Source: Phycisphaerales bacterium
Lineage (GTDB): Bacteria > Planctomycetota > Phycisphaerae > Phycisphaerales > UBA1924
NCBI GenBank assembly: GCA_965227775.1
Contig: OZ245777.1
Location: 1,216,001-1,280,000, forward strand
Direction of reading: 5' to 3'
Length of the DNA: 64,000 bases
Under the pieces are notes generated by a model that was not told the origin of the DNA, did not search any database, and saw only the letters and a list, made by a program, of their open reading frames with translations. This document shows, piece after piece, positions 55,834 through 64,000 of the stretch; within the stretch, counting starts at the first letter, position 1; each line of letters begins with the position of its first letter. The position numbers and the translations under genes were made by a program.

Positions 55834-56487
55834 ATGCCCATGTGCGTCTCGCTTCGAAACTCGATCTCTCGCGTGGCTTGTGTGCTGGTGCTGCTGAGCG
55901 TGGCACTGGCGGGCGTTGGCTGCGCAAGCACCGGCCCGAACCCCGACGATCCGCTGGTGATGGAGAACCAGGAACTCCGCCGCGTGAACGAGAGCCTCGA
56001 GATGGCGCTCGCCGACGCAGAGGCCCGCTACCGCGCTCTCGATGAGCAGAACCGCGACCTGGCGTCGCAACTCGCCGCCCAGCCGGCCCTGGGCGACATG
56101 ACCGGCTTCGAGGGTCTGGGCGCGGGCGTCAGCCGGCGTGCGGGGGAGGTCGTCGTTGACATCGCCGGCGAGGTGTTGTTCGACTCGGGCTCGGTCACGA
56201 TCAAGCGTGACGCGCGCGGCGTGCTCGATGGCGTGGTCCGCGTCATCCGCGAGCGGTACCCGAACGCCGAGATCCGCGTGGCTGGCTTCACCGACAACGA
56301 CCCGATCCGCAAGAGCGACTGGAAGACCAATGAGCGGCTGAGCGCCGAGCGCGCGATGGCTGTCGAGAGCTACCTCGTCTCCAAGGGGCTTAGCAACGAT
56401 CGCGTGCACTCGGCCGCCTATGGCCCGGCCAAGCCCAAGGGCACCAAGCGTGCGAGCCGTCGCGTCGAGATCATCGTGCTCGAGTAG
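55834..56487 (+). CDS. OmpA/MotB-like peptidoglycan-binding lipoprotein
   Basis: Lipobox GVGC, coiled coil, LFDSGS, VAGFTD, LSAERA..V, RRVEI. Confidence 0.88.
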   Translation: MPMCVSLRNSISRVACVLVLLSVALAGVGCASTGPNPDDPLVMENQELRRVNESLEMALADAEARYRALDEQNRDLASQLAAQPALGDMTGFEGLGAGVSRRAGEVVVDIAGEVLFDSGSVTIKRDARGVLDGVVRVIRERYPNAEIRVAGFTDNDPIRKSDWKTNERLSAERAMAVESYLVSKGLSNDRVHSAAYGPAKPKGTKRASRRVEIIVLE

Positions 56488-56509
56488 GAATCACACAACA
56501 GCACTCGTG

Positions 56510-56545
56510 GAAACACCCCGGCATCGTGTGATGCCGGGGTGTTTC
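56510..56545. terminator. bidirectional intrinsic terminator
   Basis: Perfect 16-bp inverted repeat GAAACACCCCGGCATC/GATGCCGGGGTGTTTC between convergent genes. Confidence 0.8.
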
Positions 56546-56574
56546 GTTTGGTCCATCGCCGTTTCGATTCGCGC

Positions 56575-57669
56575 TCAGTGCTCGTCGGCCGGCGCATCCT
56601 GCCACAGGGCAGCGGCCAGCACGGCGTCTTGCACGAGGTCTCCACCAGCCGTGAGGCGCATCTCGAGCACGGGACGCGCGACCGGGCACGGCCAAGCATC
56701 GCCGGGCACGTGTGCGAGCTTGGTCCAGTCCTTCTGCGTGACGAGCAGTGCGTCGCAGCCGTCGGCCAAGCGCCGGAGACGCTCAATCGTGGCTGGGGCG
56801 TACGGATCATGATCGCGCAACACGAGCGTGTCGGATGGCGGGCCGAGCGTGCGCGTGGCCTGATCGATGAAGGCGTTGGGCTTGCCGATGGCGCAGGCGA
56901 GCGCGTACGTCCGGCCTTGCATCCAGTGCAATTGCTCGACGTGATCCTCACCGCCGACCGCGATCTCGAAGCCCGTCCACTCGTGCGAGCCTCGGGCCAG
57001 GACGAGGTGCGGGAAGCGTCGCCTCAGCTCCGCTTCGGTGCGCGTCAGATCGGCCGGCTGCGCCGTGTCTGCGTGGGTCAAAATGACCACGTGGGCGCGC
57101 GCCAGGCTGGTCACGGGCTCGCGCAGCCAGCCGGCAGGTAGCAGGCGCTGTTCGAACACGTCCTGGGTCGCGTCGATAAGCACCACGTCCAGCTGCCTGG
57201 CAAGGCGGCGATGCTGGAAGCCGTCGTCGAGTACGACCACGTCGACGCTATCGCCCTCGTCGCTGCCAAAGAGCTGGATGAGCTGGTGCACGCGGTTTGG
57301 GCCGATGGCCATGGGGATGCCGGGCAGCGCCTCACGGTGGAGTTCGGCTTCGTCGCTCAGCCCATCGCGTGACCCGTAGCCGCGCATCGCGATGGCCGGG
57401 TTGCGTCCAGCGTCGCGCAGCCAGCGGCAGGCGAGCTGGACGACCGGCGTCTTGCCCGTGCCGCCGACGCTCAGGTTGCCGACCGAGATGACGGGGCGAT
57501 CGACGGTGACCGTGAGCCCGCCAGGCGAGAAGGCCGACGCTCGTGCGCGCACGTCGTAGCGGGCGTTGCGACGCGCAATGGCGCGGGCGTACAGACGCTC
57601 GGCGAGCGGCGCAAGCGGCCGGACCGCGGCCGGCATGGGCCCGCGAGGAGCACGGGCGTCACGGGCCAT
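56575..57669 (-). CDS. lpxK: tetraacyldisaccharide 4'-kinase
   Basis: VISVGNLSVGGTGKTP, RGYG, LDDGFQHRRL, LLPAGWLREP, TQKD. Confidence 0.92.
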   Translation of the reverse strand: MARDARAPRGPMPAAVRPLAPLAERLYARAIARRNARYDVRARASAFSPGGLTVTVDRPVISVGNLSVGGTGKTPVVQLACRWLRDAGRNPAIAMRGYGSRDGLSDEAELHREALPGIPMAIGPNRVHQLIQLFGSDEGDSVDVVVLDDGFQHRRLARQLDVVLIDATQDVFEQRLLPAGWLREPVTSLARAHVVILTHADTAQPADLTRTEAELRRRFPHLVLARGSHEWTGFEIAVGGEDHVEQLHWMQGRTYALACAIGKPNAFIDQATRTLGPPSDTLVLRDHDPYAPATIERLRRLADGCDALLVTQKDWTKLAHVPGDAWPCPVARPVLEMRLTAGGDLVQDAVLAAALWQDAPADEH

Positions 57670-58045
57670 CGTCTTCCTTTCGCTGCGTCACGAGGTGCTG
57701 GCCCAGGTGCCGGCCGGCTGTTCGGCTGATCTCGCGGCGTTGGTGGTTCGCCAGGCGCAGGTTGTTGGCCATGTCGACGAACGCCATCAGGATGACAAAG
57801 CCCAACAGCGCGATCGCGACGGCCCACACCAGTGCGAAACGCCGCGGATTCGCGGGCGAGACAACGGAGAACGCGATCGCCAGCACGGGCGTGGTGATCA
57901 GGATGAGCCAGCCGTTGGCGGTGCGGATGCGACGGCGGCTCTCGGGCATGTCGGCGCTGCGCATCGCCATCAGGTGCGCCGCGACCACCACGAGCGTCAG
58001 CATCGCGAGGGGGCCGGAGATCCACATGGGAGCGATACCGTTCAC
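57659..58045 (-). CDS. small membrane protein
   Basis: Three hydrophobic segments; overlaps the maf stop and the lpxK start. Confidence 0.7.
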   Translation of the reverse strand: MNGIAPMWISGPLAMLTLVVVAAHLMAMRSADMPESRRRIRTANGWLILITTPVLAIAFSVVSPANPRRFALVWAVAIALLGFVILMAFVDMANNLRLANHQRREISRTAGRHLGQHLVTQRKEDDGP

Positions 58046-58647
58046 GAGCCGGCCTCCCACGCCGTCGTGTGCGCGATCCAGGTCGCCAGGCTACGCGTTG
58101 GCAGGCCCACGACCGTGTTCGCATCGCCGCGCACCGTGAGCGGCCAGCCGTCGGCGATGCGCTCGGTCAGGTTGTACCCGCCCGCCTTGCCCTTCCATCC
58201 CCCGGTGACGAGGTAGCGGTCGATGGCGTCCTCGAAGATCGTTCCAAAGGTGACCTCGGCGACGTCGGCGAGCAGCAGGCGATGCGTGTTGGGGCGGTAA
58301 GGATCGAGGATCGCAACGCTCGTCACCACACGCTGGGTCTGGCCGACCATGGATCGCAGCGTGCCTCGCGCCTCGGCTTCGCTGGCGGGCTTGCCGATGA
58401 TCCGCCCGTCGAGCTCGCAGGCCGTGTCGGCGCCCACGACCAAGCCGGCCTGCGAAGGCTCGAGCGACTCGATCGCTGCCCGGGCCTTGAAGTAGGCCAT
58501 CGCCATCGTCCAAGTCGCGGCCGACGCCGCCGGCGGCGGGGTGAGCTCGCCGTCGTCGATGTTCGAGGCCACGACCGCGAAGTCGGCGCCAAGTGAGGTC
58601 AGCAGCTCCCGGCGTCTCGGGCTGCCGCTGGCCAGCAGCAGGCGCAC
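58042..58647 (-). CDS. maf: Maf-family nucleotide pyrophosphatase
   Basis: LASGSPRRRELL, GADT, GKP, KAGGY, VVGLP. Confidence 0.9.
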   Translation of the reverse strand: MRLLLASGSPRRRELLTSLGADFAVVASNIDDGELTPPPAASAATWTMAMAYFKARAAIESLEPSQAGLVVGADTACELDGRIIGKPASEAEARGTLRSMVGQTQRVVTSVAILDPYRPNTHRLLLADVAEVTFGTIFEDAIDRYLVTGGWKGKAGGYNLTERIADGWPLTVRGDANTVVGLPTRSLATWIAHTTAWEAGS

Positions 58648-58692
58648 CGGAGGCAGGGCGGGCAACTCGGGCCCGGCCGCTATGCTCCCATC

Positions 58693-59508
58693 ATGCGTGC
58701 GCACCTGGTCCAACTGGACATCGTATGGGAAGACCGCGAGGCCAACTTCGATCGCGTGCTGCGGCTGCTCGACGGCGTCGATGTCGATGAAGGCGACTTC
58801 GTGCTGCTGCCGGAGATGTTCGACAGCGGGTTCTCCCTGAACACCGAAACCACCGCAGACGATGGCACGACCCAGGCGTGGCTGTCCCGCCTGGCCGACG
58901 ATCTGGGCGCGACGGTCATGGGCGGGCGGACTGTGGGCGGCTGTGCGAATGGTGGGTGCGAAAAGGCAACCAACCACGCAACGGTCTTTGCACCCGATGA
59001 GCGTGGCGGCGAGCCGAAGCTGCTGTGCGATTACGCCAAGATCCACCCTTTCACCTACGGGCGAGAGGGCGAGCGTTTTGTCGGCGGGCGGCACGTGGAG
59101 ACGTTCGCCTGGAGTGCGGGCGAAGAAGCGCTGGTCGTTTGCCCGACGATTTGCTACGACCTGCGGTTTCCCGAGCTCTATCGCCTCGGGCTCCAGCAGG
59201 GGGCCGAGGTGTTCACCTGCATCGCGAACTTCCCGGCCGCCCGGCAGTCGCACTGGCGGACGCTGGCGATCGCGCGGGCGATCGAGAACCAGGCGTTCGT
59301 GCTCGCGGTCAACCGCCGGGGCAACGACCCCTACCTGGCCTACGCGGGCGGCACGGTCGCGATCGACGCCAAGGGCGAGGTCATCGGAGAGCTTGGCGAC
59401 GAAGAGGCCGTGCTGACGGTCGAACTCGACGTTCCGGCATTCCGGGCGTGGCGGGCCGAGTTCCCTGCTTGGAAAGACGGCACGCTGCTGGCTCCTGACC
59501 GCGTGTAG
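58693..59508 (+). CDS. carbon-nitrogen hydrolase (nitrilase/omega-amidase-like)
   Basis: Catalytic triad motifs LPEMF, YAKIHPF, ICYDLRFPE; ARAIENQ. Confidence 0.9.
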   Translation: MRAHLVQLDIVWEDREANFDRVLRLLDGVDVDEGDFVLLPEMFDSGFSLNTETTADDGTTQAWLSRLADDLGATVMGGRTVGGCANGGCEKATNHATVFAPDERGGEPKLLCDYAKIHPFTYGREGERFVGGRHVETFAWSAGEEALVVCPTICYDLRFPELYRLGLQQGAEVFTCIANFPAARQSHWRTLAIARAIENQAFVLAVNRRGNDPYLAYAGGTVAIDAKGEVIGELGDEEAVLTVELDVPAFRAWRAEFPAWKDGTLLAPDRV

Positions 59509-59837
59509 GCTGGAACTCTGGGCGCTCCGCGTGGGGAGGCCCCTTATCGGCCCGGGTTATGCCGACGTGGCGCGTGGAAATGCCGAACCGGGCGCGAACT
59601 TCCGGGGATCTGGTGCGAATCGGCACCCCGGCGGGCCTGGAATTATGCCCCGTTCGGGCAGGCCCGCTGCGGCTTCGCTCCGCTGGCGTCGATAACGACT
59701 TGGGCGGGTCCTTGGGGCCCGTCCGGGGTGCGGCGCGTCGGCTGAGATTTGTCCGTGCGCAGCCGCGCCGCTATGTTCCCCTCCCCTTTACAGGGGCAGA
59801 ATCGAGACGTCGTTCACAGAACCGGATTGCACGCACG

Positions 59838-61256
59838 ATGGCCGACCCAAACCCAATGCCCGCCCGCAACTCGCCGGAAGCCTCGGCTTCTGGAACGGGT
59901 GCGATGTCGGGCAGCCGGACGGCGGCGCTCTCTGCGATGGATCGCTCCGGGATCACGCCCCTGAGCGGCGTTGCCACGCCCGAGGACCCCGATGCCGCCC
60001 TGGCCGAAGTCGCCAAGGGCGGGTCTAACGTAGATACCGCGCTGGGGCGCCTCGTCGTCGACTACGGGCTTGCCACACGCGAAGAGGTTGATCTCTGCAA
60101 GGATCGGTTGCGCGGCGCCGAAGGCGGCGAGGACGCAAGCCAGGGATCGCTCGCGGTCGAGTTGGTCGATCAGGACTTTGTGACCAAGCGGCAGATCGCC
60201 AGGCTCAAGGCCATCCTGGACGCCGAGCGCAGCGGTCAGAAGATCCCGGGATACCGCCTGCTTGGCAAGCTGGGCGCGGGCGCGATGGCGACGGTCTACA
60301 AGGCGCGCCAGCTCAACCTCGATCGCCTGGTTGCCATCAAGGTGCTGCCGCGCAAGTTCAGCCAGAATCCGCAGTTCATCGAGCGCTTCTATGCAGAAGG
60401 TCGAGCTGCTGCGCAGCTCAACCATCCGCACATCGTGCAGGCCTACGACGTGGGCAAGGCGGGCGAGTATCACTACTTCGTGATGGAGTACGTGAACGGC
60501 CGCACCGTGTACGACGACATCGTGAAGAACAAGCGATTTGGCGAGGCCGACGCGGTCGAGATCGTGCGCCAGGTTGCCATGGCGCTCGGGCACGCCCACG
60601 AGCGGGGCATCATCCACCGCGACGTGAAGCCCAAGAACATCATGATCACCAACGATGGTGTGGTGAAGCTGGCCGACATGGGCCTGGCGCGCGCCATGAG
60701 CGATAAAGAAGCGGCAGAGGCCGAGGCGGGTAAGGCGTTCGGTACACCGTTCTACATCAGCCCAGAGCAGATTCGCGGCGAGACCAACGTGGGTGTCGAG
60801 GCCGACATCTATTCGCTTGGTGCCACCCTCTACCACATGGTGACGGGCAACGTGCCATTCGACGGCAAGAACCCCACCAGCGTGATGCACAAGCACCTGA
60901 AGGCCGACCCCGTGCCGCCCGACCAGGTGAACCCCCGCTTGAGCGGCGGCATCAGCGAGGTCATCGAGATGATGCTCGCCAAGAAGCGCGAGCAGCGGTA
61001 CCGCGGCGTCAAGGACCTGCTGGACGACCTCGACGCGGTCAGCAATGGCAAAGCGCCGCCGCTGGCCCACCGCGGGCTGAACGAGGCCGACCTGGCCTCG
61101 CTGAGCCACCTGGAGACCGCCAGCGTCGCCGCACCCGAGGAACTGCAGCCGGCCAAGCCCGCCGCCAGCGGCAACGATTTCCGCACGCCGCTGCTGATTG
61201 CGCTCGGTGTGCTGCTTGCCATCAGCCTTGTGATCAATCTGGTCCAGATGGCTTGA
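59838..61256 (+). CDS. Hanks-type Ser/Thr protein kinase with C-terminal TM anchor
   Basis: LGAGAMATVY, VAIK, HRDVKPKN, DMG, GTPFYISPEQ, DIYSLG. Confidence 0.92.
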   Translation: MADPNPMPARNSPEASASGTGAMSGSRTAALSAMDRSGITPLSGVATPEDPDAALAEVAKGGSNVDTALGRLVVDYGLATREEVDLCKDRLRGAEGGEDASQGSLAVELVDQDFVTKRQIARLKAILDAERSGQKIPGYRLLGKLGAGAMATVYKARQLNLDRLVAIKVLPRKFSQNPQFIERFYAEGRAAAQLNHPHIVQAYDVGKAGEYHYFVMEYVNGRTVYDDIVKNKRFGEADAVEIVRQVAMALGHAHERGIIHRDVKPKNIMITNDGVVKLADMGLARAMSDKEAAEAEAGKAFGTPFYISPEQIRGETNVGVEADIYSLGATLYHMVTGNVPFDGKNPTSVMHKHLKADPVPPDQVNPRLSGGISEVIEMMLAKKREQRYRGVKDLLDDLDAVSNGKAPPLAHRGLNEADLASLSHLETASVAAPEELQPAKPAASGNDFRTPLLIALGVLLAISLVINLVQMA

Positions 61257-61352
61257 GCGGCTTCGCTCGTATGGGTATGAGTGCCCATTGGCGGAACACC
61301 CGTGGGTTCCGCCCGGTTCGCAGTTTGTGTGGACCGTCACAGACAAATTGGC

Positions 61353-61381
61353 TTGCTCGGCGTCGATCGATCTGGTATTCT
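61353..61381 (+). promoter_or_regulatory. sigma70-type promoter upstream of the candidate RNA and infC
   Basis: TTGCTC-N17-TATTCT with a TG extension. Confidence 0.6.
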
Positions 61382-61394
61382 CTACGACGTGGCA

Positions 61395-61570
61395 GGCGCG
61401 ATGAGCCGCTGGATTTGAGCGGCACCGATCCCGAACCGATGCTGGACTGGGCCCATGGCCCGGTCCGAACAACGCTGCCGGGGGTGAAAGCCCCCGCGTG
61501 AGCGATTAACCGGTCGCCGTCTTCTTTGGAGAGAGAACGGGCGAACTGGGTTAGGTAGATAGGTATCGCC
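61395..61570 (+). ncRNA. candidate 6S-like RNA / structured infC leader
   Basis: About 176 nt; the 5' and 3' ends pair (ACCGATCCCGAACC with GGTTAGGTAGATAGGT; GCGAT with ATCGC); lies directly after a promoter. Confidence 0.4.
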
Positions 61571-61631
61571 GGAGTGGTTCCGGCGTGAGCACGACGCCGG
61601 CGATGCGCCGGCGACCCGAAGGAGAACACCC

Positions 61632-62402
<771 letters not shown>

Positions 62403-62422
62403 GCCTGTCGGAGCCGGTTCCG

Positions 62423-62758
62423 CTACGCGCCGCGCTCCAGGGCCAGCATCAGCAGCGAACGCACCCGGGCACGCCGGTACGCCTCGTCGGTGAAGATCGA
62501 CGCGGGCTGCTGCGCGCGCATCGTGCTCGGTGCTGGCTGACGGAAGTCGATGCGGCTGGTCGGACGAACGACGGTCGTCGGTGCTGCGCCCTGCGACTGG
62601 TCGGTCGCCCGTTCGTCCGCCGCCCGTCCGTCCGTCGGTTGCACGGGCTCGGTCGTGGGCGGCGCGGGGTCCGACACCGGGTCAACGCGCTGCGGTGGGA
62701 TGGGGCCGTCCTGGACGATGGCGAAGATCGCGACGGCGGCGACCAGCGTGCTATTCAC
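62423..62758 (-). CDS. small exported Pro-rich hypothetical protein
   Basis: GTGA overlap with the tonB-like stop; hydrophobic N-terminus. Confidence 0.5.
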   Translation of the reverse strand: MNSTLVAAVAIFAIVQDGPIPPQRVDPVSDPAPPTTEPVQPTDGRAADERATDQSQGAAPTTVVRPTSRIDFRQPAPSTMRAQQPASIFTDEAYRRARVRSLLMLALERGA

Positions 62759-63645
62759 ATCAGGATCCTCATGCGGATGAGCAGGGGCGCGTCGCCCTCC
62801 TGCATCTCTTCGATCGGCTTGCCCTCGGCCGTCCACTCATAGATCGCGTTGATGAGCGCCTGATCAATATCGGAGAATCCCGAGCCGCGGCCCGAGGGGA
62901 TGCGGGCCCGCGAGACGCGGCCGTCGTGATTGAAGAAGATCTCGACGAGCGGGCTGCGGTCGGCACGAAAGGCCCGCTGCAGGCTCGTCAGGTGGATGCG
63001 GGTCGTGTTGATCCGCAGTCCCTCGGCCGAGACCACGCGACCGAGCTCGAGCCGGCGCATCTCGATGGGCTTGCTCGAGGGCGGGGCCGAGCGTGTGTCC
63101 TGGATGCCCGGGCTGCCGTCGAGGGCGTCATCTTTGGCGGGCGTCGGCTCGGCCGGCGGCTGCTCGACGGGTTGCTCTTCGGTGGGCTGGGTTTGCGGCT
63201 CAGCCGTCGCTTCGGCGAGGGCTCGCGCGTCGGCCTGGGCTCGTGCGAATCGCTCTCGGAGCGCGTCGAGCACTTGTCGAGCGTCTGCAAACGCCTGATC
63301 GGTGCTGGTCTGGAGCGAGGCCGCCATGGCGCGCGCGAAGTTGTCCCGCTGGTCGCCCTGGGCTCGCGTCAGCGGGCTCTGCTCGGTGGGGGCGGGGTCG
63401 GCCACGTGCGGCGTGGGCACTTCGAAGCCCAGCCAGTTGGGCGTCACGGCGTCGCTTCGCTCGATGCCCAGCTTCACCGGGATCTCGAGCGGGTCCATCT
63501 GTTCCGCGGCGTCGGCCATGCTCGTCGGGTCGACGCCCGCACGGAGCAGCAGCACGGCGATGAGCACGTGGCACGCCAGGCTCGCCGGCACGGCGACGGC
63601 CCACCGGGCAACCTGCGTCGATCTTGGGCGATGGACCGGGCTCAT
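62755..63645 (-). CDS. TonB/TolA-like energy transducer
   Basis: TM helix with S-x3-H (ASLACHV), Pro/Glu linker, C-terminal GRVSRARI..GSGFSDIDQALINAIYEW. Confidence 0.7.
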   Translation of the reverse strand: MSPVHRPRSTQVARWAVAVPASLACHVLIAVLLLRAGVDPTSMADAAEQMDPLEIPVKLGIERSDAVTPNWLGFEVPTPHVADPAPTEQSPLTRAQGDQRDNFARAMAASLQTSTDQAFADARQVLDALRERFARAQADARALAEATAEPQTQPTEEQPVEQPPAEPTPAKDDALDGSPGIQDTRSAPPSSKPIEMRRLELGRVVSAEGLRINTTRIHLTSLQRAFRADRSPLVEIFFNHDGRVSRARIPSGRGSGFSDIDQALINAIYEWTAEGKPIEEMQEGDAPLLIRMRILM

Positions 63646-63674
63646 GCGCTTGGAATGCTACGAACGGGCCTCAT

Positions 63675-64000
63675 TCAGGGATCGTCGCCGGCTTCGGCAG
63701 CTCGCTCGGTGGGGGTGCCGACGAGCTCGACCGCCTCGTAGCCCTGAGTGCGCAGGGCGTCGAGCACCCGCAAGAGGGCGCCCGAGACGCCTCGCTCGTC
63801 GACTTCGAGCCGGATCGTGGGCTGCGTATCCGGTTGGGAGTCTGGTTGGGTGCCGGGCCCGGCCGCGAGCGAGATGGCTTCGAGCAGGGCCGCCCGGGTC
63901 GATTCGGCCAGAGGCTCTCCCTGGGCCAAAGCCGGGCCGACCGGCTCTCCGTCGACGAAGACCATGCCCTCGCTATCCACGGCGACGACGATGGCCTCGG
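63675..64000 (-). CDS. ExbD/TolR-like protein (5' end outside the window)
   Basis: IVVAVDSEGMVFVDGEPV, IRLEVDERG..LLRVLDALRTQG; lies upstream of the tonB-like gene. Confidence 0.7.
   Translation of the reverse strand, partial: EAIVVAVDSEGMVFVDGEPVGPALAQGEPLAESTRAALLEAISLAAGPGTQPDSQPDTQPTIRLEVDERGVSGALLRVLDALRTQGYEAVELVGTPTERAAEAGDDP

Noticed and set aside
61390..61630. L20 (infC-rpmI-rplT) leader
   Set aside because: No rpmI/rplT downstream (infC is followed by a convergent gene) and no recognisable L20-leader sequence.

Overview
GC-rich bacterial chromosomal window, very probably from a planctomycete of the Phycisphaerales. This is inferred from four proteins with a C-terminal 'CxADxDGDGxLTxFDFLxF...GC' dockerin-like tail and three PEP-CTERM-like 'PAP' sorting proteins. 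Positions 1-14.9 kb hold an extended RNA-repair locus. It comprises a sigma54/RtcR-driven rtcB-(Bcs1-like membrane AAA+ ATPase)-rtcA operon, divergent rtcR, a translationally coupled SWIM / DUF5691-like / MoxR AAA+ / YehM-like / vWA module, and a second, divergent rtcB. The remainder is mostly housekeeping and envelope genes: FG-GAP/dockerin proteins, rlmN, cdaA-cdaR, mutY, tRNA-Gln(CTG), a prpB-like lyase, apaG, kynU plus ACMSD, a PP2C sensor, plsY, a peptide ABC transporter, xseAB, prepilin peptidase, OmpA, lpxK, maf, a nitrilase, a Ser/Thr kinase, infC (ATC start) and tonB/exbD. The most notable observations are the Bcs1-like ATPase inside the rtc operon, three candidate structured RNAs (rtcB 5' RNA, a ~230-nt intergenic rod at 40 kb, a 6S-like RNA before infC), a pervasive TAnnnT-N5/6-ATG leaderless signature, and a possible cohesin-dockerin surface system. 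All family assignments come from motif recognition by eye; no searches were run.
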